This document shows positions 25,471-37,800 of a DNA stretch of 64,000 nt, one piece after another (within the stretch, counting starts at the first letter, position 1; the number at the start of each line of letters is the position of its first letter). Under the pieces are notes generated by a model. The model was not told where the DNA came from, ran no database searches, and saw only the letters and a program-made list of their open reading frames with translations. The DNA is taken from positions 62,001 to 126,000 of the forward strand of contig CDMY01000290.1 in assembly GCA_001179505.1 (NCBI GenBank), in the 5' to 3' direction. The position numbers and the translations under genes were made by a program. Origin of the DNA: Vitrella brassicaformis CCMP3155 (Eukaryota; Protista; Chromerida).

Positions 25471-28400
25471 TCAGCTCTCCCCAGCGAATTCATTGATGTA
25501 GGGCGACAGCTCCAGCAGCTCGTCGGCCTCATCGTCGGCACGCAGCAGGGGGGGCGAGTCGACGATGGCCTTGCTGGTGGCCAGTACGGACGAGGCGGCG
25601 ATGTGTCCGTATAGGAGTGCGAGGACGCGCTCGACAATGCCGTGTGGGAAGGCGAGCGAGCGGCAGACGGTGAGAGCGACCCGCTGGTCGCGCTGCCTCA
25701 GGGCGGCGAACCACTTGTTGGACGTGAAGATCCCCTGAGATGTCAAAGTGAACTCGATCAAACGACGCAATCTACTCACACACACAGGTGCAGGTGTATG
25801 TATTCCCGGATTGTCTTGGGTGTTTGGCAGCTTGCTGACCTCTCCCTGACGGAGCATATGGGGTGGTCTGTCCGCCACCCCAAAGCCAACGCCTTGGCCT
25901 TGTTGCCCTTGACCGCCGCTGGCACACCAGCCGTCGCCTTCTCGCCCTCACCCTCACTCTCCCCGGCCCGGAACACGAATACCTCACTGGTGCCGTTGAC
26001 ATGGTCCCCACCGGCCGCAGCTGCCGAACTGGACGCGGCGGGTGGCTGCTGCTCGGTGGCGAGAATGGGGGCAAGGCATGCAGCGGGCGCCGCACACAGC
26101 GCCTCCAACAGCAGCACACGACTGAAGAAACAGAAAGCAGAGAGGAGAAAGGTGGCAATGGTGTGTGTGGTATGCTGTGGTGGTCATGTCATCGCATTAT
26201 CGATACCTACCGGTCGTGTGTGAAGGGGTATGCCATCTTGACCTTGACGGATGATCTGGAGCGACCAGCAGCAGCAGCAGCGTGTCGTGACATGGCAGGA
26301 GCGGGCGGCGGGTTGTTGGCGTTGTGGCTCACAGGGGGAGGGATGGCCGAGTGGGGGAACAGCACCGCCTTGGGCACTCTGTACGTGTGTGCCTCGTCCT
26401 CATCCTCATCGCTCTCATCTGCGGTGGCGTCGGTGGGCTGTGGTGGCGCGGCTGCCGCTGCTGCTGCCGCGGCTGGCGCATCGCCCTCATCTTTCCCATC
26501 CTCACTACTGTCGCCCTCCCCCTCCTGGCTGCTGCCCTCCTCCGGCTGGTTGTGGGTCTCCTCAGGCACGTCCTCATCTGCCTCATCCTCCTCTGCGTCA
26601 GGTCCATCGCTATCGTCGTCACTCAGTGTCAGCTGGGTGGCCTGGGGTGAAGCTTCTTGGGGCGTGTCTGTGTCCGCTTGTGGTAGTGGAGGCTCCTCTT
26701 GCTGTGTGTCGAGGAGGGCCAGGAACGGGGTGACGGGCCGCTCGCTGATGAGACGGGCTATCACCTGATCAAGCAAAAGTATCATGGCGTTGTGGGCACT
26801 TCGGGTGTTTGTGGTTTGTTTGCGGACCCTGATGAGTTCTCTGGCGAGGTGTTGTATCGTCTGTGAGTCAGCCGGGATGGCCGTCTGACCGTCCTGCCAA
26901 ACAAACACCAACCACAACCACAACCACCCTCTCGTGTAAGCGTCTCAGGCTCGCCTCATCCCTTCGGCGCTCACCGTGGCCTGCCACAGGCGCCTCGCCC
27001 ATATCAGATCAGTCGTCAACACCAACGCTGCACATAAAGGAGCCCACGAAAGAACGTCAAATGAATGCGGCTCGCGCTCCCTCATCCTCCGCTCACCCAG
27101 CAAATGTGGCTCTCTCTCGACCTTAGCTTTGGCGCCGTCATCCGTCGGTGCGGCAGCAGCCGATGAAGACGACGACTGGCCTGGCGCGCTCTCGCTGGCA
27201 CTAGCCGCCGACACAACGGTGGGCCGCTGGAGGGATGTGGTGAGCTTGGCTGCCAGGTCGGCCGCCAAACGCGACACACGCCCGTAGTCGGCCGTGTGGC
27301 GGTGGTACACACTGACGGACGGCGGACGGAAAGGCAGTCAATGAGTGAGCCTGTCTGTCTGTCTGTCTGTGTTTTCCTTGTGTATGGTATGTCTGCCAGT
27401 GCTCACGAGCATCCGAGCGCATACACCTGGAACCGCAGCCAATCCCTGACGGACGACACGGCCACACACACACATGGGTCCATGGGCGCACACACATGAA
27501 CACACGACACACGTACCACCTCTCAACGGTGCCGAAGAGGCTCTGTTTGTATGTCCGCACCGCCCTCTCCACCAGCCCAAGCATCCGCTCATGCGCAGCG
27601 CGGGTCGAGTCGGTAATGGGGATGCGATCCAACACCAGCGCACACAGACGCACCGCCCCCTCCATCCGCACCAGCCTCTCCTTCTGCTGCTCCCGCCGCC
27701 CCTGATCGTTCTCCAGACTCTCCACACGGGTCGTCACGAGGTCGGTCAATTCGTCAAGGTAGCGGATGGTGCGAGGGTCGGGATTGTCGCACGCGAGAGC
27801 GAGGTAGTACATGGCCTTCCTCTCGGCGAAGGCCTTGATGGCGTCGATGGAGTGCCTGCGCGGGTCGATGAGCTGCAGGCCGCCGGTGTTGTGCGTGGCG
27901 GTGGACGAGATGTCGGGTGTCATGGTGGAGATGACGAAGAGCGAGAGGGACAGCATCCGGTGGGCGATGTCGTCGTACTCGCGGATGCACGTGGCGCTGC
28001 GGATCGTGTGGTGGATCAACTGCATGGACGGACGCAACACACACATCCTGCCGGCCTGCCTGCCTGCCTGCCTGCCGGCGGATGTGTGTGTTTATCTATG
28101 GGGCCTCGCTCACCTGTGCGGTGCTGACGGTCATTTCTGCATTTTCCATCGAGTCGAAGAAGAGCTGTATGTGGCCCTCTGCCCTGATGCGGGCATATAG
28201 AGACTTCTGCCGCATCAGATGCGCCACGAAAAACGTCGACACCTCGTCGGTGAACCTAGACACACATCAAGTGGTGGATGGCCTCGACACACTGCTTAGC
28301 TGATATTGACGTGCATGTGTATGTGCACCATCTGTCGAGTAGGATCCTTGCGAAGTTGGAGTTGAGCAGCGAGGGCCAGAAGGTGTCGGGCGGGCCGTTC

Positions 28401-28795
28401 TGCGCCAGCACGATCAGCAGCCCGATGATGGACGAAGCGCCATCATCCTCCTCCTGCACCCCATCCCATTCCCATTCCCACACACATATCAACACAACCA
28501 CCACACACACACACACACACATGAGCTGCTGATTGCTGTGGTACTCTGATCTGACCTCTCCGAAGCTCTGCAGTGACTCGACGAGGAAAGCCAGCATGTC
28601 ATGCAGCGTGTCTGCCGCGAAGAACTGCTGCCGCTTGTTGTCGTCGAACTGCAGACTGAGCGTCAGGTCGTCCACACTCTCTATGAGCTCGGCGATGTTG
28701 CCGTCCTCGAGTGCGTGCCGCAGGTCGGCCAGAGTGGGGAGGTCGCTGTCGTCACTGCCCGCATCCAGTGGGCCAGGGAACATCGACACAGACAT
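25471..28795 (-). CDS. Large multi-exon helical (ARM/HEAT-like) protein with acidic low-complexity insert
   Basis: ORFs 28533-28795, 27201-28046, 26945-27310, 26207-26923, 25776-26117 and 25471-25878 can be joined by phase-compatible GT-AG introns (e.g. HDR/RVLLL, VRE/RLRR). Function unknown; could be two genes. Confidence 0.55.
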
Positions 28796-28940
28796 GAGAT
28801 GAGTGAATCAGAGGGGGGTCGCACACGGATGGATCACCGCTGCCGAGCGTAGGAATTCGCAATCAATTGGGTAGAGATGCTGTCGAGCACCTCAATAGGC
28901 AACCACGATGCTTTAAAAATGATGCTTTCTTCCGTTTTCT

Positions 28941-28964
28941 CGCAGCGGTTTCAGGGAGCACCCT
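28941..28964 (+). promoter_or_regulatory. Recurrent 24-nt promoter motif, copy 1
   Basis: cgcagcggtttcagggagcaccct is identical to 55751-55774 and lies in a bidirectional spacer. Confidence 0.6.
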
Positions 28965-29112
28965 AGGTGGCCTGACGGCCAAGTCCCCTTCCGTTTTCTC
29001 GAGTTGCGAGCTTAGCTGGCCTTACGCCTCCGCGCTGTTGTGGACGTCTCCGGTAATGGGCAGATAGATCATCAATCAAAAGATCCCAGCTTGCGGCAAT
29101 CACATCACAAGA

Positions 29113-30293
29113 ATGCCTCGTCTGACGTTCATAGCTCGTGCGACGGACGGTTTGATCTTGGTAGAGACCTGGGACGACATCAACAACAACAAGAGCCTGC
29201 AGACGTTCAAGCAGCAGGCCAAGCAGCTGCTCAAGAAGCTCGACCAAGCCCCGCCCAGATGCTCCGTCGACTCATCCACACACACCTTCCAGTGAGGCAG
29301 GCAGGCAGGCAGGCACAGGCGACACACCACACACCTGACACAACACAAGCACCGAGAATTGTCTGTCTGTCTGTCTGTCTGTGTGTGCTTTGTGTCCTGT
29401 TGCGATTTATTGAATCATCCCATCAGTTACTTGTGTGACAGCGGCATCTGTTACATGACGCTGTGCGAGAAGTCCTACCCCAAGAAGCTGGCCTTCTCCT
29501 TCCTCGAGGAGATCCACAGGGCCTTCCAGGAGGAACTCAAGCGGGAATTCGGCACACACTCCGTCGACTACCGCTCCCAGATCGAAACCGTCGAGAAACC
29601 TTACTACTTCATCAAATTCGGTCAGTCACACACTCACACACAGACACACACACACAAGGAAACTGGGTGCTCTTCCTTCCCATGGCGTCGCTGTGACCGT
29701 GGTTGACTGACGTGGTGTGCTGTACGGGTGTGGTCAGACCGAACGATTCAGCGGAAGAAGATGGAGTACCGCGACCCCCGGTCGAACAAGGCGCTGCAGA
29801 AGCTCAACGACAGCCTCACTGAGGTGGCCTCCATCATGAGACAAAACATCGACGAGGTCCTGCAGAGGGGAGAAAACCTTGAAGGTCCGTCCGCCAAGCA
29901 GCACCACACACACAGCCGCACACGGGCCATCCATCATCCTGCGTACTTTTCTGCATGTATGTCTGATGTCTGTCTGCTTGTGTCATTCCTTCATTCAGAT
30001 GTGGGGAGGAAAGCGACGAGCCTCAAGTACGAGTCCGACAAGGTACAGTACACGTCACGTGGGGGATGCAAGGAGGGAGGCTGTAGGGTGGTCGACACAC
30101 GACGGTCGTGTTGGACAAAACCCCTCGGGACCTGCTGCTGTCTGTGGCATGTGGCATGTGTGTATGTCAGTTTCGGAAGGCGGCCCACACGTTGAATCTG
30201 CAGGCACTCGCCCGGCAGTATGCGCCGCTGCTGGTCATCGGTGGGGTCATCTTTCTCTTCATTGTATACAAAGTCTTCTCGTGGACCAGATAG
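29113..30293 (+). CDS. SEC22: SEC22 longin-domain R-SNARE
   Basis: MPRLTFIARATDGLIL, YMTLCEKSYPKKLAFSFLEEI, NIE-like segment IETVEKPYYFIKF, SNARE helix with LQRGENL, C-terminal TM. Confidence 0.96.
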
Positions 30294-30695
30294 CCAGCCC
30301 AAACCAGCCAGTGTGATGTATGTTTTTCAGTGTCGTCTGTTCGTGTGGTGCTTTTCTCGGTATCTCCCTCCCTCCATGCCATGGGTGTGCTTGTGCGTCA
30401 TGTCATCTGTGCATGGCGTGGTGCGTGCGTGTGTGTTTTAAGCTGTGTGTTGATTGATCCGGTCAGACAAGTGCACACACTGACGATCGACCCTCGAATG
30501 GTGTGTAACTCGGTAATACTATGCAGTTTGTTGTCAGATCTACTACTATGCCGGCAACCTACGAGATGGAGCAGCAGCTCGATGCTCGGTCAGCTTCATG
30601 CAGCACTCGAACCCGCAAGACACCCACCGCAAAGCATTGTTACCAGACAGGAATCTCGTCCTCAGCCATACACACCGCGCAGCGCAGTCCCTCGA

Positions 30696-33600
30696 TCACT
30701 CGCCCCCCCCTCCACCCTCTCTCTTCCTGCCAGCGTTCGACAGGTGGGCTATCTGCTGCAGAATGTGCCTCTTCCGCCACTGCCCCGCCCAGCTCTGTGC
30801 ATGCCGGCCCTCAGCGTCAATCCAGTCTCGCTCAGACACACAGATCACCTGCCACCCCAGGGCCCGCAGCGCATTCAGCTCGGCGAACTTCTGTGCCGTC
30901 ACCAGGTGGCTCTTGTACTTGTGTCGGCCGAACTGCCTGACGGCCGGCCCCTCCCAGTAGAAGTCCCAGTCATGCCACAGCAGATAGACCAACACGTGCT
31001 CCTCAGGGGACGCTGCGCTCGGGGTGCTGCCAGTGGAGAATGGTTGGGAGGGCGGGGCCGCACGCACTCGTCCTTCGCCGAGTGATGATGTCTTCATGTC
31101 TTCTTCTGGTGCAGCTGATGGGGGTGGCTCCTCCTCTTCTTGGATGGTCGGCTTGTGTGACTCGTTTGTCGTGTGTGCCGGGCTGTCGATGGACGGTCTT
31201 TTGGACCGCCTCCCCCTCCCTCCCCTCGTAGCAGCTGCCACTGGAGGCTGGCTTTCCTTGTCCCTGCCTGTCTCCAGCTCATCCCCAAGCGTCATCCAAT
31301 CATTCGTCGAGTCCTCCTCTGACGCATCGGCAACCGTGTTGCCGCTGCGGCAGCTCTCCTCGCGCTCGCCGTCGCTCTCCTCTTCCTCCCTGTCTCCTTT
31401 CCCGAAGATGCCATCCTCCGTATTGTCTTCCCCCTCCGACGATTCCTCCGACATCTCCAGCGGCATCAGTGGGTGCTCGCGCAGGTGTCTGGCGAGGCTC
31501 ACGAGGCTGACGGCAAACGGCACCACTAAGGGCCCCACACGGACGTCCTCCAGCACATGCACTCGCTGCCACGACCGCAGCTCCCGCCTGACGCGCTGGG
31601 GGAAGCTGTTGCTGACCAAGGGGGACACGTGGCGACCGCCACACCACCGAGCCGACAAACCAGAGTCGAGCTGAGAGGCCTCCACTGGTGCACGGTCCCT
31701 GTCACGTAGAGGGGGAGCGGTGGGGGCCGTGCTGTCCGGTGAGGGGTCTTCTGGCTGCTGGTTTGCATTGTGTGTCCTGGTCAGTGATGGCGGCAGGAAG
31801 GTGTCTGCGTTGGGTCTGAGTGGGGGTTTGGCGCTGTACATGGCGGGGAGGTCGAGGGATGAGGTGCGGCGGTGGTGGGCGGCCACGGGCTGACACGACC
31901 ACGTGCACTCGTGGAAGAACTGAATGAATGGATGGAGGCACAGACAGGTATGGCTGCTGGCTTTCTGGTGTGAGGGGTACCTTACCTGTTTGACGGTCTC
32001 CGGGCACTCGTCGAGGATTCTCGAGCAGGCGACGAATCCCAGCGATGTCCGCTCGTCTTCACTCAGGGCATCCCTCTGAATGAATGAAGGTAAGGTAGAA
32101 GCGGAACATCACACCACCACAACCATGCCAGCATGCTCATTCTGTTACATTGTGGAGGACGTATTGAGCGACGGGTGTCATCATGGCTGGTGTGAGGCTC
32201 TTTGGCCGCGACGAGAGGTCGAATATGGCCGCAGCCAGCAGCACCGACACTGCGTGGGTCGTCTGGGGCGGAGCAGGCAGCGACACCAATGCTGTTTGTC
32301 TGCACCTTGTCCGCCTGCGTGGTGTGCATACCGATGAATAGGTCAGCGTCGACGCCAGAGGGAAGATGTTCAGCGCATCAGCCTACACACACGCATCAGT
32401 CGATGTATCCCTCTCCCCCCATTCTCCCTCCCTCTCCCTCGTCTCCGTACGTACCACAGTGGGGAGTACCAGTCTGGCCAGTGAGCCCGCCAGCACTGTC
32501 AGGGCGGCCGGCGATGCCACGGGCATCTCATCGTCCAAAGTGCAGCACAGCGACGCCCACCGACGATCACGCACACCCAGACGAGCAAAGATCCACGAAG
32601 CACGAGCAACTGTCTGCAGCCATGACAACACAAACAAACGGAACACCACACCACACCCAGTCGCCCACACCCACCAAAGACGGCTTTCCCTCAACGACTG
32701 ACTCACCATGGGTGCGTGTGGGGCCTTAGTCATTCGTAGGTGTTTGACAAGGTGGGCGGCCAGCTCCCTGTGCGGCCCCAGCCGGAAGCCTGACGGCGAG
32801 GCACACAGCGTCTCGCCCAGTGCGAGCATCTCCTCCACACTCAGCAGCGATAGGCCGTCGCCAACCATCAGACGCAGACACAGGTCCGCCTCCAGCCCGG
32901 GCAAGATCGGCCTGCCCTCAACCTCCAGCCCCTGCATCTCGTCGATCGGCTCCAATGGGGCCTTGTCCACTGTCAGGTCGGTCGGCCGCTGGATGCCGCC
33001 GATGCGGGTGTCCATCGGGAGAGGGGCGAAGGTGTCCTCCGTCGTCGCGACACGCCCCCCAAAGGCCGACCGGTCCGCCCATCGCTTAAGCAAGTGGAGC
33101 ACCTGCAATGCCTGGTCGCCCTCCAAATCGGCCACCCGGTATCTGAGCTCCTCCAGCACTCTGGCCTTGACGACGCTGTCGATGGCCGTGGGGGGGATGT
33201 CTGGGAAGGTGCTGAGCAGCTTGATGAACTCAGGGCCGCGCAGCTCGAACAGCACGTTCTGCAGTTGACGCGTCACCTGCCGCAGCAGCAGGAAGGGGAC
33301 CATCCCGGTGCCGGTGTCTAGGGGCGACGGTCTCTTCTTCTTGCCCAAATGCCGGCCATAGACCTTCCTCAGGGCTCTCCGCTCGTCCTCATCAGCGGCC
33401 TCCTCCCACTCCTCCTCACCAGGCTGGGGCTCCTCCGTTCCCTCCCCCTCAGCTGCTGCTGGTGGCGGTGGTTTGTCGCGTCTGAAGATCTGCTGCATGG
33501 AGAGGAAGAGGAACATCAGGTCGGTGGACCGGAACTTGTGTAGGTGTTTGGACGCCTGGTCCAGCAGCAGCTGGATGAGCGCTCGGTGCGGCAGACCATC

Positions 33601-34826
33601 GCCAGCCTCACTCTCGTCAGAACCGCCCTTGGCGAACCGGATGGGCTCTGATGCTGATGCAGCGTCGCGCAAGACGGCCGCCTCCGGAGTCTCTGCCTCT
33701 GTGGCTGAGGGGCCGACCGGCGCACCGCCGCTGTCGTCTCTCTTGTTGCTGTGGAGGAATGAGGCTCTCTTGGTGAAGGGCACCATGTGTGATGGGGGGA
33801 AGGTGAAGGCGTGGAGCAGCAGGCTTAGGGTCAAGGGGTTCTCGAGCTTCCTTATCCGTGGGGCGATAGCTGCAGCCACCCTGTCGAGCACCGCTTGTCG
33901 GCTCGGCCCGTCGATCCGCACATAAGCATGGGCAAGGACGGCTATGTCCTGTGCGTCAAGGACAGACAGACAGACAGACAGGCAGACAGGCAGACAGGCA
34001 GACAGGCAGACAGGCAGACAGGCAGACAGGCAGACAGGCAGGCAGGCAGGCAGGCATAAGAAAAAAGTGACGATAGGATCCTCCTCCTTGCCATGTCACC
34101 TTCGGTGGCGCCTGTGGCGTTAATTTCTTATAGATGACCGGCAGGGCGGCCTCGACGAGGAATCTGTCCTCTCTCCTCAGCTTGCACACACTCACCAACA
34201 GAAGGGCCAGGTGGCCCAGCCGGAAATTGTGCAGCCGCCCTCGCAAACCCTGCACAGTCCACATGCACAGCAGACAGACACAGACAAAGCCTCCTTCGTG
34301 GCGGTGTGTTTGTTTGTGTGGCCCACGTCGAGCATGTAGTCGAGGAATGAGTCGACCCGTTTGCCGATGGTGGCGAAGCAGTGGATGATCAGTGTGGCGT
34401 CGGCCACCTTCATCTGCGACCGCAGCACCGCCGCCCTGTACATGTAAGCCTCCCACACCTCACGGTGGCGGTAGTGACGCCGAGTGGTCTCCTGGATCGA
34501 ACGACGCAGCGCCGTGCCGTCCATCTGGTAGATGCGCTTCTGCAGGACAAACAAATCAGACACACACGGACACACATTCACGAGATTGATTCATGAATCA
34601 GATGAACTTGGCTGTGATCTGTCTGCCCATGAGTGTCGATGCCTACCAGTGAGGGAATGGCGGGGTTGTGGCCCTTGGCTGTCAGCAGTGAGCGCCCCTG
34701 GACACTCTGCCGCCTCTCGTCCATCGCCGTCATCATTACTGGAGCTGGGAGGGCGCTGTTTTGCCACGGCAGACCTCTCTGCACGAGCCCCCCTGCCGAA
34801 GGCGGCCTTCTGCACGTCTGAATCAT
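30696..34826 (-). CDS. RAP-domain protein with helical (HPR/OPR-like) repeats, probably organellar RNA-binding
   Basis: C-terminal LRALGWQVICVSERDW RAP signature. Helical repeats DATLIIHCFATIG, HLALLLVSVCKL, DIAVLAHAY, TDLMFLFLSM. Arg-rich N-terminus. Confidence 0.8.
33960..34056. repeat. Intronic compound microsatellite (GACA)n-(GGCAGACA)n-(GGCA)n
   Basis: Directly visible; typical of the introns throughout the window. Confidence 0.9.
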
Positions 34827-34874
34827 GAGCAGATCTTTCTAGCTCGCCATCGCCAAGCTCGCAGTGAGGATTCG

Positions 34875-37800
34875 CAGGAATACGACGTGTTCCGAGTGAA
34901 TTGAGACTACCATGTCAGCGGCCTCCCTTCATTGAGCCGAGATCTGGCCATTTTGCTGTCCGGTGCTGCACCGTGGTAACCGTCTAACGCATCTGCGTCA
35001 TCGCACGTCATCTCTGCGTCTGACAGCCGCCAGGGAGAGCCCATGAGCAAGCCGACGTGACGGCAGCAGCAGAAGCGACGATGGCGAGTGAGCAGATCCA
35101 CCCCCCTGGCGCCTCACCATCAGCAGCCGAGGAGGGCTCTCGGGCTCCAGCTATGCAGGCGGGCGAGGCGGCCGCTCCATCAACAGAAGCGCGTCAGGGC
35201 GGCCATTCATCTGTCCCTGCTCAGCTGGCTCATTCGGGCCCTCAGTGTGGTGCACCAGCCAGTGGTGCAGCGGTGATCCAAACCGATCTCGGAGCAGGTG
35301 ACATGGCAGCAATGCAGCCGGCCTCGTCGACTACTAGCCTGTCTGCATTGCTGGCGGCCGTCGTCACCCCCAAGCCCATCCCCGCACACCCACACCAACG
35401 CTCACACCCACAGGGGCAGCAGGGCGGTCAGACCCCTCCTGCCGGCCATGACCTGCTACTCAATCGCGGTGGCAAGCGGCAGAGGACCGGTCGGGGCCGC
35501 GGCCGGCGGTCGGCGGGAGAGGTAGAGGGTCAGGAAGAGTACACGCCCGAGAACGACTTGGCTGCGGCGCGGCATGAGGCGAGGGGTCATGCTGGTAGTC
35601 GTGGCGGTGCTGCGGAGGACCACCAGGCCCTCAATCCAGCCACCCACATGTCGCCCGAGGAGGAGGGCAAACACGTGAGTCAGAGGGGGAGAGAGAGGGA
35701 GAGAGAGGGAGAGAGAGTCCCTGCCTACACACACAACAACCCAATCCCGTCTGTATGTGTGTGTAGATCACCGAGTGTTTGAAGGAGTATCTGCCCAAGA
35801 AGCCCAACGGCAGGCCGGCCCCCCTGGGCCTGCCAATGGTGCAGGGCAAGGGCGTCCGCGTCCAGCTCTACCACCCAAGCGTCGGCGCCCTCTGGGGACC
35901 CACTCGCAACTTCGAGCAGCTCAATTCAGTCAGATCCGGCTTCAAGGCCGCCTGCGAAGACCGCGAACAGGTAGGCACACACATACATACAGACACGTCC
36001 CCGTACGCATTCTGACGCCAATGTGAATATGTGTCTGTGTGTGTGGTTGATGGATGTGTGTGTGTATCAGTTTGTGCGTGACATCTGGGGTCCGAAGGGC
36101 GAGGCCCACCAGCTCCACCTGCTGCCCGGCTGGGAGACGGTCGTCGACGACTCACCCCAACCCGCCACCACCCTGGCCATCGCGACCGACCGGGCCGAGC
36201 AGGTGCCTCAGCAAGGGCCACCGCAGATCACGACAGGCGCCCACTCATACGCACCCCCCGCCCCAGACCCACCGGCACCAGGACCACCACGCGACTTCAT
36301 TACCACGGCCGGCGCGGTGTAGTCATGATCGACGTGCGGCGGATCAATCTGCAGCCACAGCCGACGGACAAGCATGACGCCGACAAAGGCACGAGTGCTG
36401 GTGCGGCCTCCAAGGGTCCGGCACATGACGGCAGGGAGGCGGATGTGTGTGGTGTTGGGGGCGATGACGACATGGATTGGGCTGATGACGTGTCTTCGCG
36501 TGACGGACAGCCGGGGCACAAGGCCGGCAAGGCTAACACCGTCTGCCGCAAACGTGCCGAGCATCAGTCAGCCGTGCAGGGCGTCCACTGGTGTGAGCGG
36601 GGTCAGTACTGGCAAGCGAACTGGTACGACAAGGGCGACGGCAAGCAGGAGCGCAAGCGGTTCTCCGTCAAGGAGCATGGCTTCCACAAAGCGAAGGTAC
36701 CGACGTCGCATCGCAGCACCCTGCCTCCATCTCACTCTCTGTTTCCCCAAACATATGGATCAGGAGCTGGCTGAGCACCATCGTCTCGAGATGGAGCGCA
36801 ACGGCCGGGCAGTTGTGAAGAAGCGTTCGAAGCACCAGAGCGGCGTCAGGGGCGTCAGCTACTCCGAAGGATACAAGAGCTGGGTGGCCGAATGGCGTAA
36901 GGGCGGCAGGAGGAAGACCAAGGCCTTCTCCGTCAAGCAGCTGGGCTACGAGGAGGCCAAACAGGCGGCCATCGCACACAGACGGGAGATGGAGCAGCGG
37001 CACCACACGTCAGAGGGCGGGGCGACGAGAGATGAGAGCCGTTCCCACAACCCCCCCAATGATGATGATGATGATGAGATTCTTTCGCCGCGCCGCCACG
37101 GCCCCCCCAGCAGCAGGCCAGATTTGGGTGGGATGGAGGGCGGCGACCTGGCTGCTGCGCTCGTTGAGGTCCTCAGCAGCGACGGGTAAGACAAGACAAG
37201 GGAATACAAGGAAGGGCCCGATTTGTCGCGTGTGTACATGTGTGTGGGATGGATTCTTTCGGTCAGGTCATGCGGGTTGTGTTGGCAGGACGGCGGCTTC
37301 CGTGTCCGTCTGCCGTCCTCCGAGGGGGAAGATGGCGAGGACCGCATTGTCGATGTCCCGGTGGTCGACCTCAGCTCCCGTTCGGCCGTTATCGCCGCTT
37401 TTCGCCGCGCCGTCGAGGAGCTCAACCGCCTGAGCACTGCTAGTGAGGGAGGGGCCGCTGCACCCCTGGACATCAGCTGGCTCGATGACATCAGCCCCGA
37501 CGGCTGCGATCGACCTCGGACGCGCCGCCGCAGCGGAGCGAGGCGCGAGCCCATGCCGCCCCCGTCTCTGTCTGAGGGCCCCAGTGACCGTCCACTTTAC
37601 AACGATGACCCCATGGCGCCCCACATTCAGCGCCGGCGCCGCCACAGAGGCAGGTCGTCACCTCGTGTCAGTGAGAGGCCAATAGCCGACTCGTCCAGCT
37701 CCGAGAACGAGCTGCTCATCGACCGGCCAGCAGCCAAGCGCCATCGTGAGGACTCGGGCGGCGAGAGGGAGCGCTGTGTGTCGGCGAAGCTGAGTGAGGC

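Noticed and set aside
28941-28967. 24-nt motif as a relict spliced leader
   Set aside because: No resemblance to the dinoflagellate SL, the downstream genes retain introns, and distance to the ATG varies; a promoter element is more likely.
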